The notes: generated from the sequence alone by a model not told the origin. A stretch of DNA of 48,437 nucleotides from Candidatus Nomurabacteria bacterium (GCA_943356375.1 CALRET010000001.1:1-48437); one strand, 5' to 3'. Counted from the first letter of the stretch, positions 16,458 to 26,027 are shown. Program-made: numbers and translations.

Positions 16458-16996
16458 TACAATTCCATTGCAAATTTGTATTCAACTTTCTGCAACTCTT
16501 TTGCTTGGTCAAGGAAATATTTTTTCCCCATGATATCTTCTGCACGTTCAGCAATTAAATAATAGTTTGCTAAAATTCTCATCTTCTGCACAATTTTGAA
16601 TTTCTTGTCCCATAATACATTTTCAGCAAAAATATCTTCTGCAATTTTGAAAGCTTTGGGTAGTCCAGCAATCTCATACTGTCCTTCTTTAAAATGCCAT
16701 GTAATTAAACCTGTTTCTTTCATGTACCCTTCAAATATGATACTCCCGGGACCTGTGTGGCTTCCAGGTATAGATCCATCGAGAACTAGTATATCGCATA
16801 GTGTTAAATAGAGATCTTTGTTCCCCTCAAATACACGCAGGTATTCAGATGCTGGTATTGATAAAAGTTTTATTACTTCAGTATCCAGGGTAATTGGAGA
16901 GTCTTTTGTGTTTTTTATTAGATTAGAAAGGGTCGCCAGCTGGAAATTACTCAAGACATGTTTTTTAAGTATGTCGCTTAAAATGGGTTTTTTCAT
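16457..16996 (-). CDS. Hypothetical protein
   Basis: 179-aa ORF with clean boundaries. No motif recognised. Confidence 0.4.
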   Translation of the reverse strand: MKKPILSDILKKHVLSNFQLATLSNLIKNTKDSPITLDTEVIKLLSIPASEYLRVFEGNKDLYLTLCDILVLDGSIPGSHTGPGSIIFEGYMKETGLITWHFKEGQYEIAGLPKAFKIAEDIFAENVLWDKKFKIVQKMRILANYYLIAERAEDIMGKKYFLDQAKELQKVEYKFAMEL

Positions 16997-17096
16997 TTAT
17001 ATAAAAACATATATCTATATTCAAAATACTCAAAAAACTTGAAACTGTCAATGTCGTGTTGCCTGCTAGAGGTTGATAGAATGCGTACCTAGAGAT

Positions 17097-17528
17097 ATGC
17101 TAAAAACACTCGAAAAAATTCCTGTTCGGGTAGTTGCATGGATGTGTCGGATAAATCCTGCTATTCAAACATGGCATATAGAACTCGTGTTCGTTGTTAT
17201 TGTTTTAGTTGCGGTCGGAATTATTTCCGGCAAGGGACTTGTTGAATGGATTGGTATTATTGCAGTCCTCTTTAATTTTGCTTATGTGCAAATCGCGGAC
17301 CGGCTCGAAGAGCGGGAAGCGAAGCGCTATCATATAGATAAAAAAGTAGAAGTGCATTGCTATTGGAAACTCAAATATTATTTCTACGCAAAAGAGATTT
17401 CATTTTTCGCCTATTTCTTTTTGCTCCACGCATGGGCAGCATTAGTCGGAGTATTCATCTTTCTCTTGTATCCGATCTGGCGCAAAGCATGGAGAAAATA
17501 TCATCCGCTTGATAGGGATAAAATATAA
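17097..17528 (+). CDS. Hypothetical membrane protein
   Basis: Several hydrophobic helices (VFVVIVLVAVGIISG, IGIIAVLFNFAYV, AALVGVFIFLLYPIW). ATG at 17097 preferred over TTG at 17073. Confidence 0.4.
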   Translation: MLKTLEKIPVRVVAWMCRINPAIQTWHIELVFVVIVLVAVGIISGKGLVEWIGIIAVLFNFAYVQIADRLEEREAKRYHIDKKVEVHCYWKLKYYFYAKEISFFAYFFLLHAWAALVGVFIFLLYPIWRKAWRKYHPLDRDKI

Positions 17529-17537
17529 AAACCCCGA

Positions 17538-17864
17538 TCACTCAGGGTTTTGTTTAAGGTCTATTTCTTCATATATACAATATCTATTACGGACAAATTC
17601 TTCACTTGGGGAATTTTCTGTGATAGGGGAGCAGAAGTATTGCACAGATATATCACCAACTATCATACCGACACAGATGAATATTTTTTTCACCCCAGCT
17701 TCACGAAGAAGGGCTATAAATTCATTCCAGTATGGATTGTCTCGATATCCTTTTTTATAAGAATATTTTTGACTGAAGATGGCGATCGATAACTGTAGAT
17801 ACTTTCTAAAATATTTCTCAGCGTAGAGTGGGTGCAAACTGTTATCGATGCAAGAAAACTTCAT
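17538..17864 (-). CDS. Hypothetical protein (downstream member of an overlapping orphan pair)
   Basis: 108-aa ORF. Its start overlaps the upstream ORF by 23 nt in another frame. Confidence 0.35.
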   Translation of the reverse strand: MKFSCIDNSLHPLYAEKYFRKYLQLSIAIFSQKYSYKKGYRDNPYWNEFIALLREAGVKKIFICVGMIVGDISVQYFCSPITENSPSEEFVRNRYCIYEEIDLKQNPE

Positions 17865-18414
17865 CTCTAAATATTTCAGTCATACTCACACTCCCTTCCA
17901 AGATTGTTTTAATTTCTCTCTGAAGGTCTGCTACCGGCATATTGAACCACGCTTTTTCACTCGAGATTCCATATTTTCTTGAACCTTTGTAGCTCTGGTT
18001 GAATATAAGAGATATGGAATGTGTTCCATATCTGCTTACTGTTTCTTTAATCAAAACATTGAAATTTTTATAGGACACTTTCGTTTGTTCATCTAATGTT
18101 TTTCGTATCATTAAAAAATCAAACTCGTTTCTTTTTGTTGATAGTGTGGCACCAGCTACATCTCGTACAAATTTACCATCAAATTCAAACTCCCAGTTAT
18201 TGTTGGTGAATTGTATAAAATTTCTACCTTTTGTATTTGCACGAAATAGTGGAATTGATCCAAGCCAGTAAATTTGTTCTTCTGATTTGTTAATACCATC
18301 ATCTTTGAAACTTCTTAAATGTTTACAAGTTTCATATGCCCAATCATGAAATTTCTGGTCAGTTCTCAAGAAATTTGCTGCAACCAATTCCTCTATGGCT
18401 ATCAATGTTCCCAT
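17842..18414 (-). CDS. Hypothetical protein (upstream member of an overlapping orphan pair)
   Basis: 190-aa ORF. No motif recognised. Confidence 0.4.
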   Translation of the reverse strand: MGTLIAIEELVAANFLRTDQKFHDWAYETCKHLRSFKDDGINKSEEQIYWLGSIPLFRANTKGRNFIQFTNNNWEFEFDGKFVRDVAGATLSTKRNEFDFLMIRKTLDEQTKVSYKNFNVLIKETVSRYGTHSISLIFNQSYKGSRKYGISSEKAWFNMPVADLQREIKTILEGSVSMTEIFRDEVFLHR

Positions 18415-18470
18415 GTATCTAAAGATTTGTCTGAGCTAAAACTACATGAAAATGCAGTATTTGTCAAGCC

Positions 18471-18499
18471 ATCCAGAGCGACTTACGGTCGCTCTGGAT
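18471..18499. repeat. 12-bp-stem G+C-rich hairpin between divergent promoters
   Basis: ATCCAGAGCGAC TTACG GTCGCTCTGGAT. Confidence 0.6.
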
Positions 18500-18507
18500 T
18501 CTGTATT

Positions 18508-18516
18508 TGGTATAAT
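18508..18516 (+). promoter_or_regulatory. Extended -10 promoter (TGgTATAAT) for recO
   Basis: TG at 18508-09 and TATAAT at 18511-16, ~50 nt upstream of the recO ATG. Confidence 0.45.
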
Positions 18517-18530
18517 ATATCTGTATTTCT

Positions 18531-18565
18531 TAAACCCTAAACCCTAAACCCTAAACCCTAGCCCC
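18531..18565 (+). repeat. Tandem heptamer (TAAACCC)x4 + TAGCCCC, i.e. CCCTAAA telomere-like repeat
   Basis: Four perfect units plus one variant unit fill the whole stretch up to the recO ATG at 18566. Confidence 0.95.
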
Positions 18566-19153
18566 ATGCACCACATCTATCACACAGAAGCCATCATCAT
18601 ATATCACGGCAACATCGGCGAAGCAAACCGGCTTTTTACTATTTTCACCCGCGACCTCGGTATGATCAAGGCGACCGCGCAATCCGTCCGTCTTGCTAAA
18701 TCAAAACTTCGCCCGTCGCTCCAAGATTACAATCTCATCTCACTTGATGTCGTGCAGGGGAAGGGCGGTGTATGGAGAATCGTAAATGCGCGCAAGAAAG
18801 ATACGCTCGAATTTTTGACGACCAATAAGAAAAAATACAGCGCATGGATAAAAACATTGTATCTATTGAGAGAACTGTATCATGGAGAAGACCCACACCC
18901 AGAACTGTTTGATGATTTAGTAAGCGAGTATACTCATTTTTCTCAGCCAGTATTCGCTGAAGATTGGATTGAACTTTTTGAAACGATCATGGCTTTCCGT
19001 GTTGTATCAGCACTTGGCTATGGTGAGGCCCATGAGACACTCACACCAGCCCTCTATGGCCCTGTTGATCTTCCACTCCTCGTCTCGCTTTCCAAAGAAA
19101 AAAAACTGATCATCAGTTCCGTAAATAATGCTCTTCGCGAGGCATCGGTATAA
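18566..19153 (+). CDS. recO: DNA repair protein RecO
   Basis: The N-terminal OB-fold region (HTEAIIIYHGNIGEANRLFTIFTRDLGMIKATAQSVR..KSKL) is typical of RecO. 195 aa. Confidence 0.7.
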   Translation: MHHIYHTEAIIIYHGNIGEANRLFTIFTRDLGMIKATAQSVRLAKSKLRPSLQDYNLISLDVVQGKGGVWRIVNARKKDTLEFLTTNKKKYSAWIKTLYLLRELYHGEDPHPELFDDLVSEYTHFSQPVFAEDWIELFETIMAFRVVSALGYGEAHETLTPALYGPVDLPLLVSLSKEKKLIISSVNNALREASV

Positions 19154-19201
19154 TATTTTCACTGAGTTATAAAATCTTGTTTGTCTTGGATTTCGCATTT
19201 T

Positions 19202-19236
19202 CTATAACCTACAAGCTTTAACCTATCACCTGTCTC
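19202..19236 (+). repeat. Degenerate heptamer array x5
   Basis: CTATAAC CTACAAG CTTTAAC CTATCAC CTGTCTC. Preceded by TTCGCATTTTCTA, which is shared with the array at 41914. Confidence 0.65.
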
Positions 19237-19237
19237 A

Positions 19238-19246
19238 TGGTATAAT
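19238..19246 (+). promoter_or_regulatory. Extended -10 promoter (TGgTATAAT); predicted leaderless mRNA
   Basis: TATAAT at 19241-46 ends 9 nt before the ATG at 19256. Confidence 0.45.
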
Positions 19247-19255
19247 GCAACCAAT

Positions 19256-21163
19256 ATGGAGGATCACCGAGATAGAATTGAAGAAGCGAAAGAAAAACTC
19301 TACAGTCGAAACGTAGATGCTATTCGTGTAAGAAAAGATCGTGTTCTCAAATCTATTGAACATATTGTTCCTGAGTCTTGGCAAGTTACTCCCGAGAAAA
19401 AAATGAAAGTACAAAAACTACTTCTTGATACATCAGTATTTAAAAAGTTCTTCCTATTCTGCCTTGCCATTCTAGGACTTTCGATTGTCGTCGCAGGGTT
19501 TGTTTTCTTGAAAGGGACGGGAACAGTCTCAACTGATAATGTTGAAATAGAAATCCTTGGTAATGCATTTACCGAAGGTGGCGCTGAACTTCCAATTCAA
19601 ATACAAGTTATTAATAAAAATGCCACACCACTTGAGCTCACTGACCTTTTTGTGGAATATCCACGTGGGTCTGATGGTATGACCAACCAGGATTTTGAAA
19701 GAAAACGTATTTCCATTGGTACTATTGGTGCCGGGAAAAGTGCACAGGAAATTATTCCACTCACTCTATACGGTGAAGAAGGTGTTGTGCAGACTATCCG
19801 CGCTCGTCTCGAATATCGCATCAAAGGATCAAATGCAATATTCGTAAAAGAAAAAACATATGATGTATCTATTTCGAGTGCTCCACTTGAATTGGCAGTT
19901 ACTGCACCTGCAAGCGCAAGTTCTGGAGAAGAAATTACTTTCAAGGTTGTTTTGAGATCACATGCAGCAAAAGTTTCTCCGCGCATGCGATTGGTTTTTG
20001 AATTTCCTCCAGGATTCGAACCGACTACATCTATTCCCGAAGCATCTTCTGGTGATACCATCTTTGATCTTGGAGATCTTCCACCTGATGCAGAAAAAAC
20101 AATAATTGTTAAAGGTGTCCTTCAGGGTATTGATGGAGATGAAAAAATGTTCCGTGTGTATAGTGGTGAAGGTGATCCGAAAGACGATTCTAAAATTGAT
20201 GTGGTCTACAATTCAACACTGCATACCATGGTGATCGATCGTCCATTTATTGAAGCACGACTACTGATCGGTAACAAAGATTCAGATGTGTATGCCGCAC
20301 GAACAGGGTCTCCGATTAACGCGAAGGTAAAATGGCAGAACAATCTCCCAGAAAAAGTTATTGACGCTGAAATATCTGTTTCTATAGATGGTAATGTATA
20401 CAAAGAAGACACACTGAAGACTGATGGATTCTATAACGCAGTAACTAATACAATTAGTTGGAACAAAAATATTGATAGCAAATTCGCATCTGTTGAACAA
20501 GGTGAAGGTGGTACCCTCGATCTATCATTTAATACACTTCCTTTGGTAACAGGACAGGGGACAGTGATTTCAGATCCACATGTCACTATTACCGTTTCTA
20601 TTCGCGGCAAGACCGCGAGCAGTGGATCTATTTCAGAAATCAATAATTCATCAACCAAAACAATTAAAATCATCACTGATACACAATTTACTTCTGTTGC
20701 ATCATTTACCAGTGGTCCATTTGTAAACAGTGGCCCACTTCCTCCATCGGTTGATGATAAGACAACCTATACAATAACCTGGAGTATCAAGAATACTGCA
20801 AGTCCACTCGGTAGTGGTGTTGTTCGGGCGGTGCTTCCACTCTTTGTTTCTTGGGAAAATACAACAAGCCCTACGAATGAACAAATAACCTTTGATGAGG
20901 CAACTCGCGAAGTAACTTGGAACACTGGAACTGTTCAGCAAGGGTCAGGATTCAGTGCTCCACTCAAAACCGTGTCATTCAAAGTTGGACTAACACCAAC
21001 ACAAAATGAATTGGGCCTCGTGCCTGAACTTATTGGTGAATCGGTATTAACCATCCGAGACTTGTATACGGGTGTTGATATATCACTCAAGAGAAATCCA
21101 CTCTTAACACGTATTACCAGTGATGGAACCTTTGTCTTCGGAAAAGAAACAGTGGTTGAATAG
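19256..21163 (+). CDS. Membrane-anchored, beta-rich extracytoplasmic protein (hypothetical)
   Basis: 635 aa. One N-terminal TM helix (FFLFCLAILGLSIVVAGFVFL), then a long Thr/Ser/Val-rich region. Confidence 0.5.
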   Translation: MEDHRDRIEEAKEKLYSRNVDAIRVRKDRVLKSIEHIVPESWQVTPEKKMKVQKLLLDTSVFKKFFLFCLAILGLSIVVAGFVFLKGTGTVSTDNVEIEILGNAFTEGGAELPIQIQVINKNATPLELTDLFVEYPRGSDGMTNQDFERKRISIGTIGAGKSAQEIIPLTLYGEEGVVQTIRARLEYRIKGSNAIFVKEKTYDVSISSAPLELAVTAPASASSGEEITFKVVLRSHAAKVSPRMRLVFEFPPGFEPTTSIPEASSGDTIFDLGDLPPDAEKTIIVKGVLQGIDGDEKMFRVYSGEGDPKDDSKIDVVYNSTLHTMVIDRPFIEARLLIGNKDSDVYAARTGSPINAKVKWQNNLPEKVIDAEISVSIDGNVYKEDTLKTDGFYNAVTNTISWNKNIDSKFASVEQGEGGTLDLSFNTLPLVTGQGTVISDPHVTITVSIRGKTASSGSISEINNSSTKTIKIITDTQFTSVASFTSGPFVNSGPLPPSVDDKTTYTITWSIKNTASPLGSGVVRAVLPLFVSWENTTSPTNEQITFDEATREVTWNTGTVQQGSGFSAPLKTVSFKVGLTPTQNELGLVPELIGESVLTIRDLYTGVDISLKRNPLLTRITSDGTFVFGKETVVE

Positions 21164-21207
21164 CCTTATTTGAAAAAAACCCTAAAAAAAGGTAAGGTAG
21201 AGGAATA

Positions 21208-21242
21208 CATACAGATAGTAGCTCGTAGCTTACAGCTTGTAG
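21208..21242 (-). repeat. Degenerate heptamer array x5
   Basis: The minus strand reads CTACAAG CTGTAAG CTACGAG CTACTAT CTGTATG. Confidence 0.65.
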
Positions 21243-21295
21243 GTAAAAAATACAAACAATATATGAACGAAGGAAAAAGTAAAAATTCTAATGTG

Positions 21296-22651
21296 ATGGA
21301 AAAATTGATCTCACTCTGCAAGCGCCGAGGGTTTATTTTTCAGGGTTCTGAAATATATGGTGGACTCGCTGGTATTTATGATTACGGACCACTGGGAGTT
21401 GAATTTCGCAACAATATAAAAAATTATTTCTGGAAAGCTTTTATTACAGACAGAGAAGATACCTACGGTATGAGTGCTGCAATCCTCATGCCTGAAAAAG
21501 TATGGCAAGCATCAGGACATACAGAACTTTTTACTGATCCGTTGGTTGAATGTAAGATTTGTAATGAACGTGTTCGCGCTGATCAACCTGAAGCGATTCG
21601 TGACCATGAGTCAACTCATGCAAAAGATGGAGCAAAAATGGCATGGTCTGAACCGCGTGTATTCAATTTGCTTGTTGAAACTAAACTTGGCGCATCTGAG
21701 AAAACTGCAACATCAGTGTATTTGCGTGGAGAGATAACTCAGGGTGTGCATGTTAATTTTAAAAATGTGTTGGATTCAATGCATCCTAAAATTCCATTCG
21801 GTATCGGACAAATTGGTAAGGCATTTCGCAATGAAATTACGCCGCGCGATTTTCTATTCCGCCAGAGAGAATTCGAACAGATGGAAATTCAATACTATAT
21901 AAAACCTGAAGAAGCAGAAGGGGAGAGACTCTTTGAATACTGGAAGCAATTTGCCCTTGAGTGGTATTATGGACTCGGATTTAAAAAAGAAAGTCTTCGT
22001 TTGCGACAACATGCACTTGATGAACGGGCTCACTATGCGAAAGATGCGTGGGATATTGAATACAATATGCCGGATGTCGGCTGGAAGGAAGCATGGGGAA
22101 TTCATCATCGAGGAGATTGGGATTTGCGTCGTCACTCTGAATTTTCAAAAGTAGATCTCTCATATTTTGACGAGACAACCAAAGAACGATTTATTCCATG
22201 GGACATAGAATGTTCTGGCGGTGTTGATCGTGCAGTATTGTTTACATTACTCGAAGCATACACCGAAGATGAACTGGGCGGTGAACCACGAGCGTATCTC
22301 AAATTAAAGCCTGGAATGGCCCCGATTCTTGCTGCCGTTTCTCCGCTTCTCAAAAACAAACCAGAACTTCAAACAAAGGCACGAGAAGTATTCGTCATGC
22401 TCAAGAAAGAATTTGGCAGTATTGCATATGATGACAATGGAAACATTGGCAAGCGCTATCGCAGACAAGATGAGATAGGTACACCATGGTGTATCGTTAT
22501 TGATTTCGATACCATTGGGGACCCTTCGAATGCTTCAGGGCAGGAAAAAACGGAACTACTCGATACGGTTACTATCCGTGATCGTGATACGGGAGCTCAA
22601 GAGCGAATTGCCATCAGTGAATTAATTTCTTATATTAAAGGAAGATTATAA
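21296..22651 (+). CDS. glyQS: Glycine--tRNA ligase (class II, GlyQS type)
   Basis: MEKLISLCKRRGFIFQGSEIYGGLAGIYDYGPLG is the canonical GlyQS N-terminus. FRNEITPR and FRQREFEQMEIQYY are class II motif 2. The start could instead be 21263; the track extension to 21170 crosses a repeat array. Confidence 0.85.
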   Translation: MEKLISLCKRRGFIFQGSEIYGGLAGIYDYGPLGVEFRNNIKNYFWKAFITDREDTYGMSAAILMPEKVWQASGHTELFTDPLVECKICNERVRADQPEAIRDHESTHAKDGAKMAWSEPRVFNLLVETKLGASEKTATSVYLRGEITQGVHVNFKNVLDSMHPKIPFGIGQIGKAFRNEITPRDFLFRQREFEQMEIQYYIKPEEAEGERLFEYWKQFALEWYYGLGFKKESLRLRQHALDERAHYAKDAWDIEYNMPDVGWKEAWGIHHRGDWDLRRHSEFSKVDLSYFDETTKERFIPWDIECSGGVDRAVLFTLLEAYTEDELGGEPRAYLKLKPGMAPILAAVSPLLKNKPELQTKAREVFVMLKKEFGSIAYDDNGNIGKRYRRQDEIGTPWCIVIDFDTIGDPSNASGQEKTELLDTVTIRDRDTGAQERIAISELISYIKGRL

Positions 22652-22655
22652 AATA

Positions 22656-22679
22656 AAAACCCGCAATTGCGGGTTTTTT
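22656..22679. terminator. Bidirectional intrinsic terminator
   Basis: AAAACCCGC AATT GCGGGTTTTTT. Confidence 0.7.
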
Positions 22680-22686
22680 GTCTGAT

Positions 22687-23574
22687 TTAAAATTTCTTAT
22701 TTACTTTCTTGAATTCACGGAACCAGTCTATAACATCAGGAACATTTTTTTCATGGACAACAATATGTTCGTCCATCTCGATCATCTCCATAGAGATATC
22801 TGGATTGAATACAATGAAGTCATCTTTTTTTCGAGATAAAAATTGGAATCCAAGTTTTTTAGATATACCTATAATAGGGGTTCTATCCCAAGGGGTGGCT
22901 TTTCCTTCTTGAAGTATCAATGCTCCAACCTCTCCTTTCCAAAGTCTCCCGAACATTGTTCCAATAGAACCGCTATCAATATTGATATCTTTGAAAAGTT
23001 CTCCTGGAAGAGTCATTCGTTCAATCACTTTCGAATAATTTCTTGGATGAGTTCTGAGTACCACAACTTGATTTTTCAATGGTTTCTTAACCAGAATCCC
23101 AAGTCTCTGTGGAAACTTGTAATTAATTAACCTGTGAACTTTATCTGATTTTGGTCTGTAATAATACAGTTCTTTTGTAAATACATCACCGATCCATACT
23201 CCAATAATCTCTTTATTTTTTACTAGTGCAACCATTGTGGCAACACCGTGAGATTGTTTTCGAATGAATGCTTTTGTTCCATCAAGTGGATCAACAGTAA
23301 ACCAGAGACCTAATTCACCTGGTTCTTTTCTTAGGTTGTCTTCTTCTCCGATGATTCCATAATCAGGAAAACTCTCTTTGAATATTTGTGTGTAGATGTG
23401 TTGAGCAGATATATCTGCAGAAGTTACAAAATCCTCTTCTTTCTTATAATCAACCACTTTCTGTTTAGCTTCGAAATCAAATCTTTTTTGGTTGATTTCT
23501 TCTATTGCACGTATTACAGCTTCTTTGACTTGTCTGCTTACAGTATCAGCCGTCATATATCCAAATTCATCCAT
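22687..23574 (-). CDS. Inositol monophosphatase/CysQ family phosphatase
   Basis: GEED...WFTVDPLDGTKAF is the IMPase motif. A WDxxP-type second motif is also present (TPWDRTPIIG). Confidence 0.65.
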   Translation of the reverse strand: MDEFGYMTADTVSRQVKEAVIRAIEEINQKRFDFEAKQKVVDYKKEEDFVTSADISAQHIYTQIFKESFPDYGIIGEEDNLRKEPGELGLWFTVDPLDGTKAFIRKQSHGVATMVALVKNKEIIGVWIGDVFTKELYYYRPKSDKVHRLINYKFPQRLGILVKKPLKNQVVVLRTHPRNYSKVIERMTLPGELFKDINIDSGSIGTMFGRLWKGEVGALILQEGKATPWDRTPIIGISKKLGFQFLSRKKDDFIVFNPDISMEMIEMDEHIVVHEKNVPDVIDWFREFKKVNKKF

Positions 23575-23667
23575 GTTTTATTGTTTAATTACGTCTATTT
23601 TTACTATACTAATTTCCACAGTATTGTCAATTTTCTTTATTTGGTACGTTCTGGTATTCTCTCGTAT

Positions 23668-24936
23668 ATGCGTATACACAAGAAAATTCTTAAAAACGGC
23701 TTGCGATTGATTACGGTACCTATGAAAGATACTGGAACAGTAACAGTACTTGCCTTGGTTGAAGCTGGATCAAAATATGAATCCAAAAAAGAGAGCGGAT
23801 TGTCACACTTCCTTGAACATATGTGTTTCAAGGGGACAATCAAGCGTCCACAAGCGATTGATATCTCACGAGAGCTCGATAGTCTCGGTGCACAGTCAAA
23901 TGCATTTACCTCACATGAATATACTGGTTACTATGCAAAAGGTGCAGCGAAACATTTCCCAAAACTGTTTGACGTGGTATCTGATATTTATCTAAACTCA
24001 ACACTCCCAGCAGTCGAACTCGAAAAAGAAAAAGGAGTCATTGTTGAAGAGATTAATATGTATGAAGATATGCCACAACGTCATGTGCAGGATTTATTTA
24101 TGGAACTTCTGTATGGGGATCAACCGGCAGGGTGGAGTATTGCCGGAACCAAAGAGTCTGTTCGAAGTTTCGTACAAGAAGATTTTATTGCTTATAAAAA
24201 GAATCACTATGTACCAAAGGCAACAGCAATCATTGTCGCAGGGAATATTGATGAAAAGAAAGTAAAAAATATTGCGGAGAAAATATTTGGTAGTGTTGTG
24301 TCAGGAAAAAAGAAGTCAAAATTAAAAGTTATTGACGTACAAACAAAACCTAAAATATTTCTTAAAGAAAAGAAGACAGATCAGATACATTTTGTGCTCG
24401 GTGTTCGTAGTTTTAATGTTCACAATAAAAAATCTCCCGCAACAGCACTTCTCGCTTCGATTCTTGCTGGAGGTATGTCTTCACGGCTATTTCAAAAACT
24501 TCGAGAAGAGATGGGTGTTTGTTATTATGTCAGATCATTTAATGATACATATACCGATCATGGGTTTTTTGAAATCTCTGCCGGTGTTGATACGAAGAGA
24601 TTTCAGGAAGTTATCTCAGTTATTCTTACTGAATGTAAAAAGTTGAAAGACACACCGGTAACCGATGAAGAACTTACAAAAGTAAAAGAGTATGTTATTG
24701 GGCATCAGAAGATTGAATTGGAATCTTCAGATGCGGTGGCATATTATTTTGGAGGACAGGAGATACTTAATAGACCTCTAAAGACTCCAGAGCAAGTAGA
24801 AAAAGAGATTCGCGCAGTGACCAAGGCTCAGATCCAAAAAATCGCTCAAGAGATATTTATTCAAAAAAACCTTAATCTGGCAGCAATTGGACCTAAACAA
24901 GATGAGAAAAAACTTCTCTCATTGCTCAAGTTTTAA
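23668..24936 (+). CDS. M16 family (pitrilysin/insulinase-like) zinc peptidase
   Basis: Inverted zinc motif HFLEH in GLSHFLEHMCFKGT. Start at MRIHKKILKNGLRLITV. The track extension to 23386 overlaps the divergent gene. Confidence 0.75.
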   Translation: MRIHKKILKNGLRLITVPMKDTGTVTVLALVEAGSKYESKKESGLSHFLEHMCFKGTIKRPQAIDISRELDSLGAQSNAFTSHEYTGYYAKGAAKHFPKLFDVVSDIYLNSTLPAVELEKEKGVIVEEINMYEDMPQRHVQDLFMELLYGDQPAGWSIAGTKESVRSFVQEDFIAYKKNHYVPKATAIIVAGNIDEKKVKNIAEKIFGSVVSGKKKSKLKVIDVQTKPKIFLKEKKTDQIHFVLGVRSFNVHNKKSPATALLASILAGGMSSRLFQKLREEMGVCYYVRSFNDTYTDHGFFEISAGVDTKRFQEVISVILTECKKLKDTPVTDEELTKVKEYVIGHQKIELESSDAVAYYFGGQEILNRPLKTPEQVEKEIRAVTKAQIQKIAQEIFIQKNLNLAAIGPKQDEKKLLSLLKF

Positions 24937-24957
24937 AAAGTGCTAGGATTGAAGTAT

Positions 24958-26016
24958 ATGAAGGGGGAACCACAAAAAGTCATCGTCAATATAAGTACTC
25001 GGACAATCATTAACATACTATTATTAGTGTTGCTCATTGTTGCGCTTTTTGTGTTGCGAGATGTAGTACTGGTTCTCCTTACGGCTATTGTTATTGCATC
25101 ATTTGTTGAAGCGGGAGTAAAAAAACTTAAAGAATATAGATTTTCTAGAACACTTGCGGTTATTTGTATTTACTTTGTGAGTATCCTCGTTACTACTGGG
25201 GTTTTCTATCTTGTTGTTCCAATAGTAGTTAATGAATCATCCGGACTTGTTGCGTTAGTTTCAAAATACAGTTCCTCTGGACTTATTAATGAAGTTTCTA
25301 CAGATATTTCCGGTGTTCAATCTTTTGTTTCATCATTCTCAGACGGGGGCACTTCAGTGTCAGCTGATGCGCAGTCTTTTATATCAAACATCTCAGAAGG
25401 ATTCATTGGGGTTTTTAGTGCTGCATTCGGAGGAGTTATAAATTTTTTACTCATTGTGGTTATTTCCTTTTATCTTTCTACCCAAGAAAATGGGATTCCA
25501 AATTTTCTCCGTATTATTCTTCCTCCAAAACAAGAAGAATATGCTATTGATTTGTGGCAGCGAACAGAGCGAAAGCTGGGTCATTGGATCCAAGGGCAAT
25601 TACTTCTTTCGGTTATTATTGGCACACTGACATATATAGGGTTACTTATTTTTGGTGTTAAGTATGCATTCGTCCTTGCGCTTATCACAGCATTTTTCGA
25701 ACTCATTCCGTTTGGACTTATTCTTGCTATTATTCCATCAGTTATTATTGCATATGTTGATGGGGGTATTTCACTTGGATTTATCACTCTCGCACTCTAT
25801 CTGGTTATTCAGCAATTTGAAACATACCTGATTCAACCATATGTAGTTAAAAAAATAGTAGGCATTTCTCCTCTTATGGTTATTATTTCGATCGTCATTG
25901 GCTCTCAGCTTGCTGGTTTTTGGGGAGTTATTCTTGCGGTCCCTGTAGCCGTGTGTGTTCTCGAATTCATGGATGATATAGAAAAAAGAAAAAGAAGTGT
26001 TCCGCAGGTTGAGTAA
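24958..26016 (+). CDS. AI-2E family (PerM/UPF0118) transporter
   Basis: ~8 TM helices. Signature region GQLLLSVIIGTLTYIGLLIFGVKYAFVLALITAFFELIPFGL. Confidence 0.6.
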   Translation: MKGEPQKVIVNISTRTIINILLLVLLIVALFVLRDVVLVLLTAIVIASFVEAGVKKLKEYRFSRTLAVICIYFVSILVTTGVFYLVVPIVVNESSGLVALVSKYSSSGLINEVSTDISGVQSFVSSFSDGGTSVSADAQSFISNISEGFIGVFSAAFGGVINFLLIVVISFYLSTQENGIPNFLRIILPPKQEEYAIDLWQRTERKLGHWIQGQLLLSVIIGTLTYIGLLIFGVKYAFVLALITAFFELIPFGLILAIIPSVIIAYVDGGISLGFITLALYLVIQQFETYLIQPYVVKKIVGISPLMVIISIVIGSQLAGFWGVILAVPVAVCVLEFMDDIEKRKRSVPQVE

Positions 26017-26027
26017 TTATTACAGTA

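Noticed and set aside
18531-18565. (CCCTAAA)n as evidence of a eukaryotic (plant-type telomere) contaminant or a linear replicon end
   Set aside because: There are only 4-5 units. They are embedded between a bacterial extended -10 box and the recO start codon, with ordinary bacterial genes on both sides. The repeat fits the window-wide heptamer-array family better.
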